Shown in pieces: positions 1 to 10,700 of a stretch of 64,000 nucleotides of DNA. The translations under genes and the position numbers were made by a program. Source of the DNA: a virus; the IMG/VR virus record IMGVR_UViG_3300035696_000012, positions 69,217 through 133,216 of that record, one strand, 5' to 3'. How positions within the stretch are numbered: the first letter of the stretch is position 1; every line of letters begins with the position of its first letter. The notes below the pieces were generated by a model, which saw only the letters and a program-made list of their open reading frames with translations, was not told the origin of the DNA and searched no databases.

Positions 1-790
1 CATGACTTGCAGTAAACACTATATCACAAGATTTATATAGTGAATATATATTTGGAATATATTCTTTTATTATTTCTATTTCTGCATGATTTTTATATTT
101 TTCTTTAAAAGAATTAAATATATCTTTAAAAGATAGTTCGAATGGCTGTGTAGGAGTTTTATCCTGTATTTTTAATACTAAACATACATCATCAAATTTA
201 GTAAATGCTTTTCCATACATTTCTAAAAGACCATTTATATTTTTTCTTCTATGAACTTGTCCAATTGGTTGGATCATAATTTTAGTTGATTTTTTAGTTT
301 TTAAATTAAATGGTATTGCCGAATCAATTTCATCAAAATCAACTCCATGCGGTATAACTGTCATAGCATTTTCAGGAATACCTGAATCAATAAATATTTG
401 TTTTGCAAAATTAGATGGAGGCAATAACCGATCTGTTGATTTATAATTTTTTGCAAAACCTCCAGCAATAGAGTTTTTACCAGCAAACTCATAACACCAT
501 ATTCCAAATCTATTTTTTGGAGCATGTGATAGATATATTGGCATATTTTTTAATGCGGTATAAGAAATAGCCATATCATAATTATTATTTGGTAATTTAC
601 CAAAAATTAATTTATTTTCTTCTGATGCACCAATTAAATGTTTTCTTAAATTTTCTGGTATATTTTTTTCACCATCAGTTGAAAAAAGATCTACATCATG
701 CCCTTGTGCTATGAGGGCAGTAGCAATACCACGACCAACATGTGCCCAAGAATGATTAGCATTTAAAAATTGTCGCATTATTACGTGCAT
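1..790 (-). CDS. Glycosyltransferase, GT-B fold (GT4-like); runs off the window edge (3' partial)
   Basis: Manually translated open frame from ATG at 790 to base 2 (263 codons, no stop): MHVIMRQFLNANHSWAHVGRGIATALIAQGHDVDLF...LLPPSNFAKQIF...TVIPHGVD...GQVHRRKNINGLLEMYGKAF...YKSCDIVFTASH. The GHDV, PSxF, VIPHGVD and RKN motifs are typical of GT4; the ExF...E motif would follow just beyond base 1. Absent from the ORF track because it has no stop in the window. Confidence 0.85.
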   Translation of the reverse strand, partial: MHVIMRQFLNANHSWAHVGRGIATALIAQGHDVDLFSTDGEKNIPENLRKHLIGASEENKLIFGKLPNNNYDMAISYTALKNMPIYLSHAPKNRFGIWCYEFAGKNSIAGGFAKNYKSTDRLLPPSNFAKQIFIDSGIPENAMTVIPHGVDFDEIDSAIPFNLKTKKSTKIMIQPIGQVHRRKNINGLLEMYGKAFTKFDDVCLVLKIQDKTPTQPFELSFKDIFNSFKEKYKNHAEIEIIKEYIPNIYSLYKSCDIVFTASH

Positions 791-796
791 ATTGAT

Positions 797-805
797 ACTA
801 TATCA
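797..805 (-). promoter_or_regulatory. Candidate extended -10-like promoter motif TGATATAGT, 6 nt upstream of the glycosyltransferase ATG
   Basis: Minus strand reads gcgTGATATAGTatcaatATG with no Shine-Dalgarno. The same motif recurs upstream of several other starts. Confidence 0.4.
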
Positions 806-826
806 CGCAATATGTTTTTGTATATT

Positions 827-3800
827 TTAATCTATCTCAGGTCCATATATTTCAAATGTCGGTCCGGTGTTTCCACCAGGTATATATGTATTATCACCAG
901 AATATAGAGTGCTTGTAGAATATGTTTGAGTACCGGACGCCGGGGGTCCAACAAGATCGTTATATATACCGGTTGATATTGGTGAATATCCAGGTGTCGG
1001 CGTACCGAAGGTATTACTAATCAATACGGTAGCGGTTCCAGCGCTCAATGTTAATGGACCGGTATTAAAAGCATGTCCAGTTAATTCACCAACAACATTA
1101 AGACTTACATTGCCGGTTGGTAAACCAAATGAACCACTGACAGTAATAGTTATAGTGATATCTGTGGAAGGCGGTGGAGCTGGATAGTATGATGGACTAC
1201 CAGTAATTGTTATTGTAATTGTTGGTGTTGCACATTGATAGAAGTAAGATGTAACAGTAGATGTAACAGCATTATACGAAGAACTACCACCATAGGAAGC
1301 TTGCACTGTATGATATCCTTGTTGTTCCGTTCCACCAAAATTAGTTCCACTAATTGCTATACCGGGATAAGTTGTATCAATACCACCTCTATGTATTAAA
1401 TTACCGGTCAATGCCGTTGTAACACCGTCTATTAATAATGTAACTGTTCCAGTAACATTATGAGACCCATCACCAATTAAGTCCACATAATCCGTAGTAC
1501 TTGGATTTCCAGCGGTAGTGCTGTTGATAAAGTTTTGAGATATGGAAGGTGTTAATTTAGAAACAACGAACCCGCCTATGAATTGACTTGAACCATTAAA
1601 ATTGGAATCGCCGACATAGTTTGCTTGAAGTTGATAGGTGCCAGCAGTTGGAATATTTAAACTGCCAAGCGTTGCAACATTTGCGCTTATTACACCGGAG
1701 CCTAAACTAGTAAATGGTGATACTATTGTAAATGTTATGCTACCAGACGGACCTGGCGAAACCACATATTGTGGATTAACTGTTGCACTAAGACTAAATG
1801 TACTAAATACCGTTTCACCAGATGACGGTGATGCTGTGAATGGATTAATTGTTGTACTGGCTTTATTTACCATTTGTGTAACTGTATTTGATGTACTTGG
1901 CCCATTATTACCATCACCAGAATACACTACAGTGATCGAGTGTGAACCAGCTGTCAATAACGCGTAAGATGTAGTATTTGTTGGTAATGTAGTTGTGGCA
2001 AATGTAACACCACCGTTTTTGAATGTTAATGTACCAGTTGGACTAGATCCATTTACGGTTGCGGTAAATATAACGGCTTGACCATATGTTGATGTTGGTA
2101 AGTTAGACAACAATGTTGTTGTGGTTGGCGAAGCTGTAACAGTTTGTGTGAAATTTATAGATGTATTTCCATTAAAATTTGCATCACCAGAATATGTGCT
2201 AGTTATTGTATGTGCTCCAATTGTTAACCCTGAATATGCGAGTGATCCTGTTCCACTAATTAATGGAATCGCCCCATTAATATTTACTCCGCCATTTTTA
2301 AATTGAACTGTACCTGTTGGTGTCCCGGTTGTAACAGATGTTACAGTTGAACTAAATGTTGTTGATTGATTAATGGCAGTGGTTGGAATAGAAGAATTAA
2401 TTGATACTGAAACATTTGCTTTACTAACAGTTTGATTTGGTGATAGTGATATAGATGCCGAATTGTAAATCATATCTCCGTTGTAATTTGCAGAAATTGT
2501 ATGATAAGCTGGAGACAAGGTTGGTGTAGCTAACAACGCTGATGTTGATGTTTGGGCAGAACCAGCCACGAGTGTAATCGGAGCACCAAAATTAGTACCA
2601 TCAATTACGAATTGTACGGTACCAGTTGGTGTTCCCTGTGTACCGACTGCTGTACCGAAAAATATTACACTATTACCGTAAATAGACGGATTAGCACTTG
2701 ATGATACCGTGAATGTTGGAGTTAATCTATTAATAACTTGAAACACTGTATTTGATGTATCTGGCGCATATGTTGAATCACCACTATATATCGCTGTTAT
2801 TGGATGGGTGCCTGGAAGCAATTGTGTTGGTGACAATGAGAATGTTGCGACTCCACCAACTAATCCCTGAACAGAACCAAGGTTTACTCCGTTGTCTTGG
2901 AATTGCACGGTACCCGTTGGAGTACCCAATGAACCACTTACGGTGGCAGTAAATATTACGCCAGATGTTCCGTAATTTACTGTTGGCATATTCGATATTA
3001 AAAATGTAGATGAAGCTTCTGCTGTTATTACTTGTGTAATTGGAGCTGACGTGCTGGTGTTATTATTTGAATCTCCGCTGTATGTGGCTGTTATAGTATA
3101 ACTACCTGTGCCAAGAATACTTGTTGAATACGTTGCCATACCAGATCCATTAACGGTGGCAGGACTGCCCATAGGACTTGCATTATTGTAAAATTGAACA
3201 GTACCACTTACCGGGCCATTGTTAGATCCAACGATAGTAGCGGTGAACGTTATATTAACACCAGCCGGTGACGTTGGAGCTGACGAAACCACTGTTGTCG
3301 TAGTATTTTGTTTATTCACTACCTCACTAACTGAATTAGAAGTACTAACTAAATAATTAGTATCTCCAGAATATTGGGCAGTAAGAGAATGAGGCGAAAG
3401 AGCTACGCTAAATAATGGTATATTTAATGTAGCTACACCAGAATTATTTACAGGAATCGCACTACTAAGTGCAGTTACGCCATCATAAAATGTAACAGTA
3501 CCAGTTGGTATAGTAAATGCAGATGATACAGTTGCCGTTAGTAGTACCGCTGTGCCCCAGGTTATGGGATTTGCAGACGTCATCAATGTCGTCATACTTG
3601 GTAATTGATTTACCACTTGTACTAATATAGGTGATGTGGATGAACTAAAATTACTATCACCGGAATATTGTGCAGTTATATTATGGTTGCCAGCAGTTAA
3701 TGTAGAAACCATTAATGATCCCGAATTGGCAGAAACACCAGATGTACCAATAACGGTTGCACCATCATAAAATGTAATTGTACCAATTGCTACACCGCCA

Positions 3801-4444
3801 ACTGGAACAGTAATAGAAGCTGTAAAAATTACATTTCCACCATAATTTGATGGATTACTACTTGAAAATACAGCTATTGATGAAGCATACTCACTTACTG
3901 TCAATAATGCAGGGAATGAAGAACTTCCGCCAAATATATTATCTCCGCTATATTCTGCTATCACAGCATGCATTCCACCACTCAACACTACCGCAATAGA
4001 TGTAGCAGAACCAGAAACTAAAGTTTCAGTATCTATTACATTTGTACCATCTAAAAACGTTACAGTACCAGTCGGAGTACCACCAGAACCAGTAACAGTA
4101 GAAGAGAATGTTACAGCCATACCATATGTTATACTTGTTGCAGAAGGAGTTATCGTGGTAACAGATGGAGTTAAATTTACAATATCTACTTCCAATACAT
4201 TAGAAAACCCAGGAGCAAAATTTTGATCTCCTGCATAATACACTTTCATTTCATGGGTGCCCAGACCTAATGTAGTTGATGATATATTAAAAGTAAATTG
4301 TCCATTATCACCAAGCCTACCAACTGAAACTGTATGAGTGCTATCCTGTAAAATAACGGTACCAGTTGGAATTATTAATATTCCAGGAGACAATACCAAA
4401 ACATTTATTATAACCGGATCGCCTAATGCTATTATTAATGCCAT
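827..4444 (-). CDS. Ig-like repeat virion protein (about 12 bacterial Ig-like group 3 type domains), fibre/adhesin
   Basis: Roughly 95-100 aa repeats with PTGTVTFxDG and AxYSGDxN(F/Y) motifs; 11 YxGD plus one YGGS counted; S/T-rich; lies at the end of the baseplate cluster. Confidence 0.8.
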   Translation of the reverse strand: MALIIALGDPVIINVLVLSPGILIIPTGTVILQDSTHTVSVGRLGDNGQFTFNISSTTLGLGTHEMKVYYAGDQNFAPGFSNVLEVDIVNLTPSVTTITPSATSITYGMAVTFSSTVTGSGGTPTGTVTFLDGTNVIDTETLVSGSATSIAVVLSGGMHAVIAEYSGDNIFGGSSSFPALLTVSEYASSIAVFSSSNPSNYGGNVIFTASITVPVGGVAIGTITFYDGATVIGTSGVSANSGSLMVSTLTAGNHNITAQYSGDSNFSSSTSPILVQVVNQLPSMTTLMTSANPITWGTAVLLTATVSSAFTIPTGTVTFYDGVTALSSAIPVNNSGVATLNIPLFSVALSPHSLTAQYSGDTNYLVSTSNSVSEVVNKQNTTTTVVSSAPTSPAGVNITFTATIVGSNNGPVSGTVQFYNNASPMGSPATVNGSGMATYSTSILGTGSYTITATYSGDSNNNTSTSAPITQVITAEASSTFLISNMPTVNYGTSGVIFTATVSGSLGTPTGTVQFQDNGVNLGSVQGLVGGVATFSLSPTQLLPGTHPITAIYSGDSTYAPDTSNTVFQVINRLTPTFTVSSSANPSIYGNSVIFFGTAVGTQGTPTGTVQFVIDGTNFGAPITLVAGSAQTSTSALLATPTLSPAYHTISANYNGDMIYNSASISLSPNQTVSKANVSVSINSSIPTTAINQSTTFSSTVTSVTTGTPTGTVQFKNGGVNINGAIPLISGTGSLAYSGLTIGAHTITSTYSGDANFNGNTSINFTQTVTASPTTTTLLSNLPTSTYGQAVIFTATVNGSSPTGTLTFKNGGVTFATTTLPTNTTSYALLTAGSHSITVVYSGDGNNGPSTSNTVTQMVNKASTTINPFTASPSSGETVFSTFSLSATVNPQYVVSPGPSGSITFTIVSPFTSLGSGVISANVATLGSLNIPTAGTYQLQANYVGDSNFNGSSQFIGGFVVSKLTPSISQNFINSTTAGNPSTTDYVDLIGDGSHNVTGTVTLLIDGVTTALTGNLIHRGGIDTTYPGIAISGTNFGGTEQQGYHTVQASYGGSSSYNAVTSTVTSYFYQCATPTITITITGSPSYYPAPPPSTDITITITVSGSFGLPTGNVSLNVVGELTGHAFNTGPLTLSAGTATVLISNTFGTPTPGYSPISTGIYNDLVGPPASGTQTYSTSTLYSGDNTYIPGGNTGPTFEIYGPEID

Positions 4445-4450
4445 GAGTTC

Positions 4451-7400
4451 CTAACTTATAATAACTATTGATGGATCTGGACAAACAGTATTTGTTGGTG
4501 GCGGGTTAGGAACACCAAGAATATTTTGTGCCTGTATAAAATTGACATATATTGGATTATTATTCCACCCAGCTTTTTTTAGATATACAGTTATTTCTAC
4601 TTTTGTATTAAGAGTTTGTTTTACTGGATCTTGATACAAATTTGTAAAATTCAATGTTAATAATCCAGTAGAATAGTTTATAGAAACACCTATTTTACCA
4701 TCAACTATAATACCAGAAATACATTGAGGATCAATTCCATCTAACATCGGAGAAAATGACTGTACAGAGGCACCAAATCTAATTTGATTTAAATTTAATG
4801 CATTTAATCCAACTGGTGTACAATCTGCAAATTTCATCGCCCTATACCCAAGATTTGTATATCCAGTACCTGAAACATCAGCAATAAAATCAGTTAGTAA
4901 ATTAATACTATGTTCAGTATCAAATGATACGTCTGGTATTTCTATCAAAATGGTTGATATTTCAAAATCCATTTTCATAAAATAACCATCTGGGCGTAAA
5001 AATTGTCCACCATTATTCACTATCAAATTATTTGATATGAAAAAGTCATTTCTACCTGGATCAAATGGTTGAGCTTGTGGGAAAACTTGCGATGTTACTC
5101 CTGGCGCATAACATTTTGGATTAACATAACCTGTTTGATAATTAAATGATGCTTGAACTAATCTTGGATTAGAATTAACAACGACAGATGATGAATCCCA
5201 TACTAATTGTTGCATCACACTAAATGGTAGTGGGTTTATTTGAACATTTTGATTTGCAAAAAAAGTGTACCCATCTAAAAATACATCTGGTAACGGATGT
5301 AATGTTGTTCCTCTATTTGTACCGTTTGATGGGTAATCATCATTTCTATCAATATATTTTTCTAATGTTAAACGAATAACATTAAATGATGTTCCTATTT
5401 TATTTGCAGGTGCCGTTGTAGCTGGCAATGGTTGAACGCCATTTATGTAATTTGTAATATAATTTAAATCAGTTGCATTAAAAATCAAATCACCATTTAT
5501 ATCAGATCTCATAATTTGTAAAATTGTATCTGATGTATAGTATTGTTTTTGAATCGTAATATCATTATTGTCTATTAAATTTATGATAGCGAATGATCCG
5601 TTGTTACCAGGACTTGTAACGGAATTCATTATAGATAATGAATTAGCGCCTAAATTTATTATACTATTAAAATTTGCAGAAGCGCTGCCAAAATTAGCCT
5701 GAGCGCCATTAGATGGATTTGGAACCAAAATACCATCGCTGCCCGATGCCAATACATTTAGATTTGGATCCAGTACTTGCCAATGTAAATATCCATCAGC
5801 TACAAATAGTTCTGTCTGTTGAATATATTGAGAATAACTTGGAATCACATTTAAATTTGCTCCAAGCAATGGTTGTGCTGCCAATAGATCGTTACCATCG
5901 ACTACACCATCACCATTTACATCGCCATACATCATGGATATTAATTCAGCCTTAGATATTTTATAATAAAAAGATGGATTAGCTGTGTTCGGTATTATTT
6001 TTGCACCATTTAAAGCACCAGTAACAAGCAGAGATACAAGTTCTATTATATTTTGATCATATCTATAACCATCTGTAGAATCTGTTATAACTTTCATAAC
6101 AAGCTGGTTACCAATCATTCCATATTCATGGAATGCTGCTGTTAGAGTTGAAGAAAACGCATTATATGTTTTAATATTTTGATCTGAGATAGTACCGAGT
6201 ATTAATGGCTCAGAAACATTCTGTATATTAGCAAGCGAGGCAGCATTCAATAATGAAATTGAAGGTACTAATTGCTGCTCAGTAAATACTGGTTCACCAG
6301 TTCGTTCACTCTGGACTTGATTACTATCTTGTGTTATAGCCTGGAATAATGCATAATATAAATCATTTCTAACAAACTGAATGTCATTTAAAACATAATC
6401 TTCCGTTAGTCCGGTTGTTGAATTTATTTGTGTTTTTGGAACAAATGCACCATTGCCGGCGTCATATGCTTGACCGTCGGATACTTTTGCTGCATCAGTC
6501 CATACCTGAAACCACAACGATTGTTCGGGAACATCTACCCATACACTACCATTAAATAACGTTTCCCAAGTATCTGAAGTACTGTTAGAACCAAGAGCTA
6601 ATTGTATTTGACAAGTATCTGCAGATCCAGCTCGTTTAACGGTAATAGCATAATAATTACCAGGTTGTATTACGAGACCAGAGCCAACAGGAGTATTGCT
6701 AAATATAAAATCAACAGGTTGAGAAACGGTATTTAATTGAATACCTGATGCTAAAAGAGTTGAATAATTCACACTTAATTGAGCCAATGGTATATTGGAT
6801 GGATCAAAATCTATTGGTGCTTGTGGTGTAATATCAGTTGGACAAGATACCGTTGATTGAAGCGGGTACAAACTTATTAATAAATCACCAGTCCATACTA
6901 AATTACTTGGAGTAGTATCATTAATTACAGAAAGAAGAAGTGTAATTTTTTGTATATTATTTGTGGAGACTAAAAATTTTTGTGCTACTTGAGAGCTTAC
7001 ATCATTTTCAACAATACTTGCATATGAAAGTGGCGCTATGTTGATATTTAAATTATCAATATTATAACTTGGTAAGGCTGCTGCCAATGTGCCCGCTAAC
7101 GTTGATCCGGTAGTAACAAAAAAATCTCTAAAAAATAGATTAGGCTCTATATCTTGTGATATCATAACACAATCTCGTGAGAGCGTAAGCGGATTTGCTT
7201 CTTTTATTGTTATAATTCCACCAAGATTTAATGATTGTGATGGAGCACCAATAAAATCATTAAATAAAAGAGTTAAAATTGATCTATAGTGTTTTGAACT
7301 TAATTGTTTTTCATTTCTATCAAATGTAAATCTATCATATTGTAAATTATTTTGAAAATCTAATCCTATAATTAATACTTTAACTGTTCTATTACCGGAA

Positions 7401-7684
7401 GCTTTTGATTCGCACAGTTCAATTTGTAATTGATTTCCATTATTACTATCTGATGGTTGTGATTGAATATTTATTGGTTTTCCGTCTAATAATCCATTAG
7501 CCGATTCTGAATTAAATAATACACGTTGAATTAATGAATCAGGTAATACACCTGAGCCAAAATGGCTATCGATGATTCCTGATTGTATTGTATTATCGTG
7601 TGTCTGCTCTAATGTTAAGTTGGTATTATCAACATTTTGGGTATCAAACCAGATATTTTGTGGGGCTGAAACTGGTATTCGCAT
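4451..7684 (-). CDS. Large baseplate/tail-associated structural protein with two dockerin/EF-hand-like Ca-binding loops
   Basis: 1077 aa, beta-rich; contains GDVNGDGVVDGNDL and SDINGDLIFNATDL; follows the baseplate wedge genes; SD AGGA. Confidence 0.55.
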   Translation of the reverse strand: MRIPVSAPQNIWFDTQNVDNTNLTLEQTHDNTIQSGIIDSHFGSGVLPDSLIQRVLFNSESANGLLDGKPINIQSQPSDSNNGNQLQIELCESKASGNRTVKVLIIGLDFQNNLQYDRFTFDRNEKQLSSKHYRSILTLLFNDFIGAPSQSLNLGGIITIKEANPLTLSRDCVMISQDIEPNLFFRDFFVTTGSTLAGTLAAALPSYNIDNLNINIAPLSYASIVENDVSSQVAQKFLVSTNNIQKITLLLSVINDTTPSNLVWTGDLLISLYPLQSTVSCPTDITPQAPIDFDPSNIPLAQLSVNYSTLLASGIQLNTVSQPVDFIFSNTPVGSGLVIQPGNYYAITVKRAGSADTCQIQLALGSNSTSDTWETLFNGSVWVDVPEQSLWFQVWTDAAKVSDGQAYDAGNGAFVPKTQINSTTGLTEDYVLNDIQFVRNDLYYALFQAITQDSNQVQSERTGEPVFTEQQLVPSISLLNAASLANIQNVSEPLILGTISDQNIKTYNAFSSTLTAAFHEYGMIGNQLVMKVITDSTDGYRYDQNIIELVSLLVTGALNGAKIIPNTANPSFYYKISKAELISMMYGDVNGDGVVDGNDLLAAQPLLGANLNVIPSYSQYIQQTELFVADGYLHWQVLDPNLNVLASGSDGILVPNPSNGAQANFGSASANFNSIINLGANSLSIMNSVTSPGNNGSFAIINLIDNNDITIQKQYYTSDTILQIMRSDINGDLIFNATDLNYITNYINGVQPLPATTAPANKIGTSFNVIRLTLEKYIDRNDDYPSNGTNRGTTLHPLPDVFLDGYTFFANQNVQINPLPFSVMQQLVWDSSSVVVNSNPRLVQASFNYQTGYVNPKCYAPGVTSQVFPQAQPFDPGRNDFFISNNLIVNNGGQFLRPDGYFMKMDFEISTILIEIPDVSFDTEHSINLLTDFIADVSGTGYTNLGYRAMKFADCTPVGLNALNLNQIRFGASVQSFSPMLDGIDPQCISGIIVDGKIGVSINYSTGLLTLNFTNLYQDPVKQTLNTKVEITVYLKKAGWNNNPIYVNFIQAQNILGVPNPPPTNTVCPDPSIVIIS

Positions 7685-7713
7685 TCTATATTCCTATGTA
7701 ATATACTAAAAAA

Positions 7714-10700
7714 TTAGAAGTAATTAATATATACTTGAGTGTTAGCTGGTTTAAGAGTATTTATCAATTCTTCTAAAACCTGTTTTACTACAGCATTATC
7801 TGCTAATATATCAAATGAATCATAAATGTTGATAGTAAAATCACTTAAACCAGTTGTACTATTTTTTAGAGTAGCAAAATTAGTATTTTTAGTAATAAGT
7901 GTATCAAAATCTAACAGCAATGTCGTATATAGATCTGGCGTTACTGGTAAAACTATATCTGTATTTGTACTATAATTAACATCTAATGATTCACCGAATG
8001 GCATAAATAATGGTCTTGATTGGTTACTTATACGTAAATTATCTATCAGTGCATAAGCTCCATTAGTACCAGAAAAATCTGATCCTATGAATAACTCGTT
8101 TATGGTATCCTTAAAAATTATGCTTGCTTGCATAGTATTTTGCCCAGTAAATGATGACCCGAATACCTGATTTTGACCATATAACAATCCATTTCCAAAC
8201 AACACGTTTCCTCTTTCATAACCATCAACAAAAAACCTAATTTCGTCGGATCCTAATCCAGAATTAACTTTAAATGTTGCCTTTAAACGGTGCCATGTGC
8301 CCTTAGACCAATAAGCCGGAGTTCTTATTTGATACACAATACCTGATGCAGTAACACTAAAATTAACATATCCAGATGGATCTTTAAATATCGATATTCT
8401 ATCTCCGTTAGTTCCGGTTGGAATATAATTAACAACAACAGGAGTTTGTTGATTTGGAAGGGCTCTATTTAAGTATAGAGTTTGCATATCATCTCCTATT
8501 GTACCACCAGCAAAATAATCAACATTTTGGTTTCCAACTTGTAACTTTACATTAAGTACCTGTGACACTCTTCCAGATACTTGAACAGTAGCATTATTTA
8601 TACTAACTACCTGCTGACTAACTATACCAGATGCATCAAAATAATATCTATAATTAGGATCATTGCCAGTATCATAAATTGGATTAATCCAAAACTCTAT
8701 TGTTCCTTCTTGTTTTGATGTTAAAATACCAGTATTATCTATTACCATTGGTTTATTGGTTAACACGATACTTTTGCCAAAATTATCATTAACACTAATT
8801 GATGATTGAATGAATTGATTAGAAGCAGTTGTATATATAGAAGAATCATTTGTAAATGGAAAAGAATCAAAATGAAGCAACATTGATGTATTAGCAGTTG
8901 GCTGTAATGCTTTTAATGAGTTAAAATCTTTTGTTATTGTTTCTTGATTAGCACCAACCATTTCACCAATTCTCACATCAGTTAATTTTTCAGATATGAT
9001 TGTTAATTCATCAATTATACCATTAAAAACATTATGTCCAGCGAAATCAGTACCAACATATGAATATAAATTAGTTAGATTCATAGGTATTGTTAAATAA
9101 GTATAATATTCAAATTGATACAATCCTTGAACTAAATTGTATGGTTGACCAGGTGTGGTTAAATTTTCCAAAATAAAATATCCGTTTTGAAGACCGCTCC
9201 TATATGTACTAACAGTTAATACTTCGTACACACCATCGGATGTAATAGGCGATGGTAATGCGGGAGTAATGTTTATGCTCTTATAATCTGATGAAACATC
9301 AGTTATTTGATATTGTCCGGCGCTTGCGGGCGGATATGTTATTACTAAATAGTTTCCGATTGTTTGTGATGAGAAAAAATTATTAGAATCTGTTACAGTA
9401 TTGCCACTACCAATTAAACTATTACCAACAACAGTTTGGTAACTATATCGTATTACAGGAACTGTTGTGCTATTTTCAGCAACAGTTATTGGATTAGCTT
9501 CCAAAATAGAAATGACAACACAATTTTGTGTTGGGTCAATTGGATTACAATTAACTACAACATAGTTTACGTTAGTAAACTGTGATATTGTTGACAAGGT
9601 GTCATTTTTTGTAAAAATTAATATTTCAGGTGAAGATGTATTATTTGTACCATAAATTGATACTGTTACTGGATTAGAATAATCTATATTAGTACCAGAT
9701 ATATATACAGACAATGTTCTACCATTGTCAGATATTGATGGCTGATCTGTCATTATATTATTAGATACGAAAACCCCGCCAATTAATGTTGAATTGACTG
9801 GACCAATATTATATCTATCAAGCAAAATATGAGTAATTTTTACGTCTGACAATAATATTGGTGATGGTAATCTTGTTTTTATTATATTTGCTGTGTTCCC
9901 CCAAATATAATATTTATGATTAATCAATCTATGATTTAAACCAAGAGTTCGTATTAACACAATATCATTTGGAAGAGCTTTATCTTTTATAGTTAATGTA
10001 ACTGTATCATCCGGGTTTCTTGTTATACTATAAGCTGGATGCAACGCTCTTAGACCAGGTATTTCCTGTTCTATATTAGGATATATAAAAAATGATGCAG
10101 ATGAATAACTCGCAGGCATTTTACTATTCAATATTAAATTTTGACCATTGACTCCTAATATAACATAGTTTTCGGCAAAACCGCTTTCCGTTATCCTGAT
10201 CAAATATCCAGGAACTACATCTTTCATCGAAAAATTGATTGATGCGGAGGTAACAATATTATACCCATCAATTATTTTTAAGTCTGTTCCATTTAAAGAT
10301 GAGTGCAATAATGATATTATAACATTTGGATACAAATCTATTTCTGTTAATACATTGAATGATGTTTTATTTATTGAAAATGAAGCGCCGGTCATAGACA
10401 ACGGCATAGGTGTTGCAAGCGTTAATGTATTACCATTAACATTTATAATTAAATATCCTGATGTAGAAAATCCTGGTTCCTCAATATAGATAGTCCCACC
10501 ATTTACAATACCATAAGCACTAAAATTTAATGATGATGTAACGTTATTTAAGCCAAGTGTTGTGACCAAATCTGTTGATGAAACAATTGCAGATGTAATA
10601 ATACCAACAATTTCTTCTGGATTAACTGTTCTAAACTTTTCATGCAAATATGTTTCAACATTACTGCCATACTTTATTATATTTGGTACTTCTTGTCCAT

